Under the pieces are notes generated by a model, which saw only the letters and a list, made by a program, of their open reading frames with translations, was not told the DNA's origin and made no database searches. A program made the position numbers and the translations under genes. Below are positions 35,544-44,700 of a stretch of DNA of 51,542 nucleotides, one piece after another. Position 1 is the stretch's first letter, and each line of letters begins with the position of its first letter. The stretch lies in NCBI GenBank assembly GCA_000934665.2, contig KZ538723.1, positions 1 to 51,542 of the forward strand. The letters run 5' to 3'. This stretch comes from Catajapyx aquilonaris. Taxonomy: Eukaryota.

Positions 35544-38500
35544 ATGTCCACTCGGGAGGAGGATCCAACCTCCACCCTGCACAAGTGTCGCTGCTGCCTC
35601 CAGATATTCCCCACCCACTTGAAGCTTCTAGTGCACAGCTTCACCCACAGCAGATGGGACCAGGTCAGGAGAGATGCGGAGGAGAAGGAGAAAGAGGAGG
35701 AGAAGGAGAAAGAGGGGGAGAAGGAGAAAGAGGGGGAGAAGGAGAAAGAGGAGCAGGAGAATGAGCCTGACCATGGACCAGGAGAGGTTGGTGGAACTGT
35801 AGTACAAGTCAAGGTAGAAGAAGAAGGTCTGGAGGATGGAGGACACCAGATGGACATCAAAATTGAGGTTGGCTGCATTGTGTGGTTGTGTATTGGAGAA
35901 TCCGAGGCAAAACTGAGTGGTAATAATGGACTCTAATTATTTGAATTGTCTTAGGAGGAAGGCCCAGCTTTGTGGCCATACCACGTCAAAGGGGAAGGAG
36001 GTCAGGATGGGGCAACTGAACCTGGGAATGGACCACTTGATAGGGAAGGTCTTGAAATGCCTGTGGATTCACCATTGCAGAGTATCAAGTCGGAGGCAGA
36101 GGACAAGTTCAAGGAAGAAGCACCTGCAGTAAGTAAATAGGATTTGAGCAATGGTGGGTGAAATGCAAATTGCACCATGGTATGGTTCAATTTTTGTGAT
36201 TGACAGAGGATCACTTGCACATGTCAAAAATGAGTCCACTTTACCGTAGGGTGCTGAAGGATTTGCCGTAATGTAAAATTATAACCTGAACCGGACAGTA
36301 GGACTAACAGCATCTTTTTTTAGGAGCAACATCAACTTTGTCTTGTCATCAAAAATGAAATTTATTCGTCATACTACTTTGAGCAAGGGGTGAGTCCACT
36401 GTGATGCAGTGAAATGGTGCCATGATTTTATGCAGTAATTAACAAAGTCATTCAAATTGCAGGTAGAACTTAGGCACTTTTCGATTGTGGTGGATCCCAT
36501 TATACTTTGTCAAAAATGCTCCAAGCCATTTGTGACAAAGCAGGAATTGAAGGAGCATGAGAGAGAAGAGCATTTGGGAAGAAATGAACTGGAAGAGGTG
36601 AGGATGGATTACCAAGCATGGCTGGGATTAGGAATTAATTTGGGCCAATCATGGGTAACCCATTACTTATTGCTATTATTAGGGATGAATAGTATAGGAG
36701 GGCTACTTTTCAAACATTTGTGATAATGACCACTCCTGACACAATCTATTCTGCTCTTCAATGCTTACAATATTTAAGAAATTACTAGTTACATGGCATA
36801 ATGCCAGCTACTTGGACCCAGCCAACCTTGGTGGACTAGTGGTTAGCGCGCTCGCCTCTGGTCCCAAGGTTGTGGGTTCGAACCTGGCCGAGGTCGGTGA
36901 CTTTTCTCAGAGTGGTAGAAAAGTGAGAGTGCGCCTTCCTTCAGAGGGGAAGTAAGGCCGTCGGTCCCATGTGCTTGTGACATTGCGTGAGTGCATGTTA
37001 AAGATCCCCAGAGTGGCCAAATTTCCAGGAGGAGGACCACCCCCTGGCGTCGGTGTTGAGCCTTAGAGGCAGAAATAGGCTGACGTTAAGCCCCACTGAA
37101 CTAAGCTACTTGGACCCAGATATGATCAGTACCAATTTTCAAGAGAGGCAACTCAGAAGACTCACAAAACTACATATCAATAATTGGATTATTAAATCAT
37201 CGTCTCCAGCTATTTATCCTGGTGAATTGATTATCAAAATGGGCAGAACTTAACAATATTTTCCCAGAAACACAAACTTGATTTAGGAATGCTAATCATG
37301 TATTGATTTAATTTTTATGCTTAACCCTAATAAGACGGGTGTCACATATGCTGTGACGCTGGCTTTGAAAAATTCTGCTGCCGAAACTATAGCGTTTTCC
37401 CCCTATGTAACGTGGTTTCTGTGTGGCTTGTTTAATTTTCTCTCGCGTAAAAATATCGCGATTTTTGGACTCCAAAATCGTGCATAAATAAACAGGAGTA
37501 ACCAGATTAACTTGAATGAAATCATCTTTTTGCGGCCGCTGAAACCCCCCCCCCCCCCNCCCCCAAAAAAAAAAAAAAAAACGACCCTGACCAGCAAATT
37601 TTTGGCATACATAGTTGCCCCCAAACCTCCTCAAGAGATTGCACCCGAAAATTAGTGCAGAAGATGATTCAATAGTTTTAAAATAAAAAAATACTGTTCG
37701 TAAATTCCAATTAGCGGCTGGCGGGCTTCTGCGCAACTCCTGCCCGCCCTCCGTCTTGATCCAGGGCACATGCCGGGCGCTGTTTATGAACTGCTGTGAT
37801 GTTTACGTTCGTGAGGGGTTGTGTATTTATCAACACAGCTCGCTTGGCAGGCCTATGCCGTAATTCATGCTATGTGCTTATGTACTGCTTTGTTCAGCGG
37901 TGCCAAGGCTACATACCGATAATTTTTTGTCTAGCAGGCAGAGTGACAAAAAATTGGAGTAGGCACGAAACATACGCCTCTGCGCCACCTTGTTGTGCAT
38001 ATGAGAGTTTCCACTGCGTACGCATGAGAGGAGGGTCACATAGATGGCCTCAGGATCAAGGCTGGACACTATACGATCTTATTCACTAGTGTTTTCAAAT
38101 CTCATCCCCCAAGTCCCAACGAAAGCGAATTTTATGCAGATGCTTGCAAAAACGTGAAAAACCACCTGTCTTATTAGGGTTAAATGCAAATAGCATTGTT
38201 TAGAAATGAAGTTATTCATTCATACTTGTCATTTTAATTTTTACCAAGTGTTGATTTCTTTCAAAGCATTATTGTCTCTCTGTGGGACAGTGATGAAATC
38301 CAGGGTTTAAAAAGTAGAATTTGCCACTCACAATCATAGTATTCCTACTCACAGTATGCTGATATGCAATGGTGAAAGTGACCAGCTGAGAATGTGATTA
38401 ACACCAGCATTTCCTTCAACTCCAGGTCAACATGGCACCTGCTATTGGAGGGAGACAGTCGAAGAGGAAGGCTCTGCAGAAGTTGAAGGACGCGAGTGAC

Positions 38501-38728
38501 CAGAAGGATGGCAGGGCCAGTTACTCCAGTGACGAGTGGATGGACACCGCAGGAGAGTCTTCGGACGAGGAGCCTGGACGCAATAAACTTAGGGTGATAA
38601 TATATTACTGATTACTACGCATGCATGGCTGTGTTGGGAACCAAAGTGTCCATGGACACACTTTGGTGAAGGTCTTACATGCACTTGCCTTGTTTCAGTA
38701 CCTTTATTCTGCCACTGAGGTCTTACAA

Positions 38729-38783
<55 letters not shown>

Positions 38784-41700
38784 TTGAATGGAGTGTTTTT
38801 GCTCTTGATGCTTCAGATTCGAACCATTGCTGAAACGTACTCATTATGCAAAGATAGGGTTTATAATTTATGAATATTCGTTGTTTAAAGGAGTTAGAAA
38901 CCAAGCTGTGTATGATTTCCCAAAAGTCCCAATAGATGCATCTCACACTTGACTAATCCAAATGCCTTCAGCAAAATATATTGTTTGCATTGTTCCATGT
39001 TCTTTTGCTTAGCAATTAATTAACTACAACGATGCAACATAGTAGTTATAGTAAGCTGTTGTGGGAGTGTCTTTTCCAATAATGCAAATAGCATTGTGTG
39101 TAAATAAAATCATTTATTCATTCATTCATTCATTCATACTGTCTTGTCCAATCTTATTTTTCCCAGTATTAATTTCTTCCCACACATTATTGTGTGTGGA
39201 ACAACCATGCTACCTGCGGTTTAAGAAGTAGAATCTGGCACTCACAATCGAAGTATTCCTACTGAAAATATCCTGATATGATTTTTTTTTTAATTCAGAA
39301 TCCTGCATCGCCAAGGAAGAAGATCAAGAAGAAAGAACAACGGTCACTATCTTGTGCTGACTGTGGGAAAACCTTTAGCAAGTTGAAGCATTTAAAGCTT
39401 CACAGGAAAGAGCACGCCAAAGAAGAATGTCTCAAGTGTGAACACTGTGGGAGAGTATTTTCAAACAAGATCAATTTCATTAGACATGTTAGTTTCCAGA
39501 CATGTCGAAAGTCATTAACATGTGATCAGTGCAACAAATCATTTGGTGACCACTGGAAGCTGTCTAGACATATGAAAGTTCACTCCGGTGATGGGCCCTC
39601 CTTCAAGTGTGACATGTGCACTAAATCCTTCAAGTCTTGTTATGCTTTGAAATACCATCAGAGGGACCATACAGATGGAAGTTTGAATGAAGCCTCCAAT
39701 GAATTACTTGGAGATGGAATTGGTCACACTGTTGGTGAAGGGGAAAGTTCTCTCCATTCTCCATTGAAGGAGTGTGAAAGAGAAGACCATTTTGGAATTA
39801 ATGAAAAGGTGAGGACCAATTACCAAGCTAGGGTGTGATTAGTGATGATTGCAATCCTATCCTGGTTTAGAAACTCTTTATGTTACTACAGTGGTACCTC
39901 GTACTTCGAATGACCCTAACTTTGAACATTGCCTAGTTCGAATGCTAAATTTGATCTTGAGTTTGAATGACACTGCTCGCTGCCTAAACACCCTCAGTTG
40001 TGTGCCCATATCATCTGATTTGGACTTTGAACTATTTAAAGTTCGAATGGTCTCCTGGAATGAATTAAGTTCAAACTCAGAGGTACCACTATATTAGGGA
40101 TGAATAATGGGAAGACTTACTTTTCAATCTCGTGTGGTAAGGACTCGTAACACAATCTGTTCTGCTGTTTTGTACCAGCATGGCATGCCCTTTTTTTATA
40201 TGCTAAATCTATTGGCAGGCCCTTTTCTATGAAGCTACTTATGATGGTTCACATTGCCTTTTCAAAGATACCTTAAAAATCGAAATGTTAGTAAAGAAAA
40301 GAAAAACAAAGAAAAAAAAATGGAAACATTTTAACAAATTACTGCAACACACCTGGATCCAAACACACTATAGCAGTGGTTTCCAACCTTTTACCAACTG
40401 CGACCCCCTAAACATGTTTCCATAAATGTGCGACCCCCNNNNNNCCCCCCCAGCCCCTTCTACAACTGACCAATTTCCAGAAAACATACGCTCTGTACGG
40501 CCACAAAAATGGTTCAATTTACACAGAAATTGCAAAAAAAAGTTGATCAAAGGCTCACAACTCCCCGCGACCCTGCCCGCGACCCCCAGGTTGGAAACCA
40601 CTGCTCTATAGGAACTTTCGTTTCTTTGTGATGCAAGTTAGGAAAATATCAGTTAGTCCTGCATCTCCAAGCGAATCACAATATAATGGCGAACCAAATA
40701 TATTGGACAGAGCTCAGTAAGGATCCAGATGTCAATAGCAGTTATAGCACTGCATGATCAGGTGTACAGTACACAGCATTTGGACTCGACCCTTATTTCA
40801 AACACATTATTTAATTGAGCCAAACTGGTTGTTGAAGTATTTATTTATTTTACACAAAAGATGTGCATTTGACTCGTTAGTCATGTCAATTGCAAAAAAT
40901 TATAGTATAACTGATAATAACCAATAACAACTATAACAAAAAATTTGCAACTTGTATGCAGAAAACGTTTTCAGGTTCAGAAACTGACCAATCCAATCAG
41001 ATGTGAACCATGTCATGATTTGATTGTGGTATGCAAATCCTTCTAGTTGTTCCCCACCACACAATGCCTGGTAACTTTATGACTGAAACAAAAAACCTTG
41101 AATTATCCCAGTTTTGTGCTAATTTTCTGAGGTTGGGCAGCAACTCAGTTTGTGCAAGTTTTACACATAGAAACACAGTGATGGTGAATGTGACCAGCTG
41201 AGAATGTGATTAACACCAGTATTTCCTTCCACTCCAGGCCAACATGGCACCTGCTGTTGGAGGGAGACAGTCCAAGAGGAAGGCTCTGCAGAAGTTGAAG
41301 GACACGAGTGACCAGGAGGATGGCAGGGCCAGTTACTCCAGTGACGAGTGGATGGACACCGAAGGAGGGTCTTCAGACGAGGAGCCTGGACGCAACAAAC
41401 CTAGGGTGATCATTACTGATTACTTCGCATGTATGACGGTCTGTTGGGAATCAAAGTGTGTCAATGCTGCAGTAGTTCTTTTCATCAGACTGAAAGGAAT
41501 GTTTTTGCTCTTATTGCTTAAGATTGGACACTGCTGAAATATACTCGTTATGCAACCATAGGGTTTATAATACCAGTACTAGATATCTTATGATTTGGGA
41601 ATGTTCGTTCTTTAGCCCTATGTTTACTGCTCGATTCTGCACTCTTTGGGTGGGAGTTTAAAAATAGTGCCCTAGGTGTAAATCACTGGATCTGGCACCA

Positions 41701-44700
41701 TTGGTTTCGCTCTCGATTCATGCACAAGATGGGGCTGAAGCATCCAAGACTACCAACCTACTCTGCATTTCGAGAGAGTGCATCAACTGCCTCATATACT
41801 ATGCACGAGATGGTGACGTCATCCTGTTGCGACATCTACGTGGGTTTTTTAAATGCAGCTTCCATCCCTCGGCATCATCCAAGATAATTCTATATGATTT
41901 CCCAGTCCCTCTTATGAATTACGAAAACATTAAGCGTCCGTTTAAAATTTCTTAAAGGTCCGGTTTAAAAGGAGGTAATGTGATCCACCAGGTGCAAAAA
42001 AAAAAAAAAAGGGTGGCTCAGGAGACAAGTGGCCACTGCATAGTGCTCGGAGCAGTCCGCCTGGCCAATTAGGAGTGATCCCACTTTCATGGCCGCAATG
42101 GTGCCGGAGGAGTTTGCCTACCCTTGACAGATCGTTCTGATTTTTTAACACACGTAAAGTAAGTCACAGAATATCAGGAATTATTAAATGAAGATTTCGG
42201 GAGAAAAACGATCAACGTCCATCTCAGGTGAAACTGAGATATTCCCATTTTAAATTTCAAAGGCCCATAAGGCTCCATTGTAAATCCCACTTTTGGAACT
42301 TTCCATAGTGACCTATGATCATTACTTCACAACCGGGGAGGTGTAGATGGCAGAGATGGTAACGTCTCGGCTTGCTGAGTGAAAGGCCCCAGGTTCGATC
42401 CCCGCCTGGGGAACTTTCCTTTCACCTCCGTCAGGAGGGTCTCTGACCTGCACCAAGGAGGTGTCTGGCAACCTAACCTCCTGGGGAACAGCACATGACC
42501 CATAGCTATGACATTGCACCAGCCCACGGACACTACCCCTATCTTCTGGGCTTATCACCTGCCGAGGGGTTTTGCAGCGGGTGCTCACCTGAGACCGCCA
42601 CGAGACATTTTCCAGAGCATTTATGTGGCGACCCTACCGGACTAAGGCTGAACTTTATAGTTACGAAAGGGGAGGGCTACATTGGGGGGCCCAACATGGC
42701 CGCCGGCGGCCATGTTGGGCCAGCATGTAGCGCTTCCCTTTCGTACCTATAAAGTTCAGCCTTAGTCCGGTAGGGTCGCCACATAAATGCTCTGGAAAAT
42801 GTCTCGTGGCGGTCTCAGGTGAGCACCCACTGCAAAACCCCTCGGCAGGGGGTGGGTGGGGAGTGACCTAACCTGAGTCTTCTACAACCATGCATTGCAC
42901 CTTGCACCCATGTTCCCTCCGCAAAAATCCATATCCTTTCCCATTGTCCCTGTTTCAAGGTTGGGACTATCCGGGAGATTTATAGCAGTAATAATATATT
43001 GACCTTTATAATAAAGCAAATATTCAAAAAATTGCTGGTGAGAAAATAGAGTTGGGGATCCCGATACAAAAAGGAGTACTCCAAGGAGACCCCCTCTCGC
43101 CAATCTTATTCCTGATATACTTACATGATTTTATTCCCTGGCTAATAAGTCATAATACGGACGGTATCCAATGGCAGGGAGATGAAAGTGAACTCAAAGC
43201 ATTAATTTTTGCTGATGATATCGTGCTGCTAGCTGATAATAAATTATACCTACAGAAGTTATTGAATCATACAGGAGAATATTTGAGGGAAAACGGACTG
43301 ATTATTAACATTCCTAAAACAAAAATAATTATATTTAGAAAGGGAGGACAGCTCGCAGGTACTGATACCTTAACCTTCGAGGGTTCCCCCTTAGAAATTG
43401 TCCCAACATATACCTACCTGGGTATTAAATTTTCCTCATCAGGCCTTTTCAATAATGCACTATCTGATAGACTAAACAAAGCGACGATGGCACTAAATGC
43501 CTCATGGCCAACATTAATCCAGGCGAAACTTCCGTCATTATTAACAACACTTAAATATATTGATGCTACGGCATTAGCTACAGCGATGTATGCCGCACCT
43601 ATTTGGAGCCTGTCCTTACTGGCAAGACTGGAACGGGCACAAACTACTCCTCTAAAGAAACTACTGGCGACAGGCAGGAGATCACCCAATTATTTGCTTC
43701 GACTGGAGGTGGGCCGACCTCCACTGAAGGTCAAAATTATTTTGCTGGCATTGAAATACCTACGAAGAGTCGAAAAAATGGAACCACACAGACTCCCCAA
43801 TAGAGCTATGAAATTTTTTAAGAATCAAGCAAATGCTCCTCTAAGATTTAACTGGTATAATCAATTAGATAATTTGCTGAACGAATATGGACAATCGATT
43901 GAAAATTTCACAGGAATAAATGACGAAAATTGGTCAAGGAATCACGCGATATTAACACAAACAATGCTAATTACGGAAGTTACGAAAGATATCGAATGTC
44001 TCTCGAGGTCTGCCTCCAACGAAATGAAATTGATGTATTACGACCAACATAGATACTTTCCAGCGGAATATGTCAGAGCCTTCACAAATTTAAATCTGAG
44101 TAGAATGCTGGCATGTCTAAGATTTAATCCAACTGGATCCCATTAGGGGACAAGAAATGTATTCAAATTAACCCAGAGGAAAACTGTGACTTGTGTAACT
44201 AAAAGAAGGCGAATGACTGGGTTCACATACTAACAAGGGAAGTGTCTGTAGGGCCATCGGCCAATCGGCCCGAAAATGACACTAGGGGTAAATCGCAGGC
44301 CAGAAATTCATTGGTGAAAGTAAAAAGTCGCATTAGCCAAGCGTTTTCGAGATATGGGCGACTATAGGTGCCCGGCAAACCTGCTCGGTGACAATGGGGC
44401 GCATTCGGCAGGAAAAATTATAAACAGTGTCTTCGTGGCTCAGTCGGTAGCGCATCCGCGTCATGATCCGAAGTCTCCGCGTTCAAGTCTNNNNNNNNNN
44501 NAGCATCGTTTTCTTTTTCTTTCTTCCCCAACACCGTTTATCACCGCATATCTTCCCTTTTGCAATCAACAGGAATAAATAAACAGCTTGCTGGGAAGTG
44601 TATTACTTTTTTTTCTTCTGCCGATGCTTACCTACTCTCTCCATGGCTTCATATTCGGAAAAATTAATAGTCACAAGCTCAGTAAATAATAACTTATTCG

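Noticed and set aside
35087..35764. 225-aa ORF overlapping ZF exon 1
   Set aside because: It spans an N gap and an A-run; its GEGERG repeat is the off-frame reading of the EKEKEG repeat of the ZF exon.
38621..38873. Poly-Tyr/poly-Ile ORFs (also 47426 and 47635)
   Set aside because: Translations of (TAT)n microsatellites or retroposon tails.
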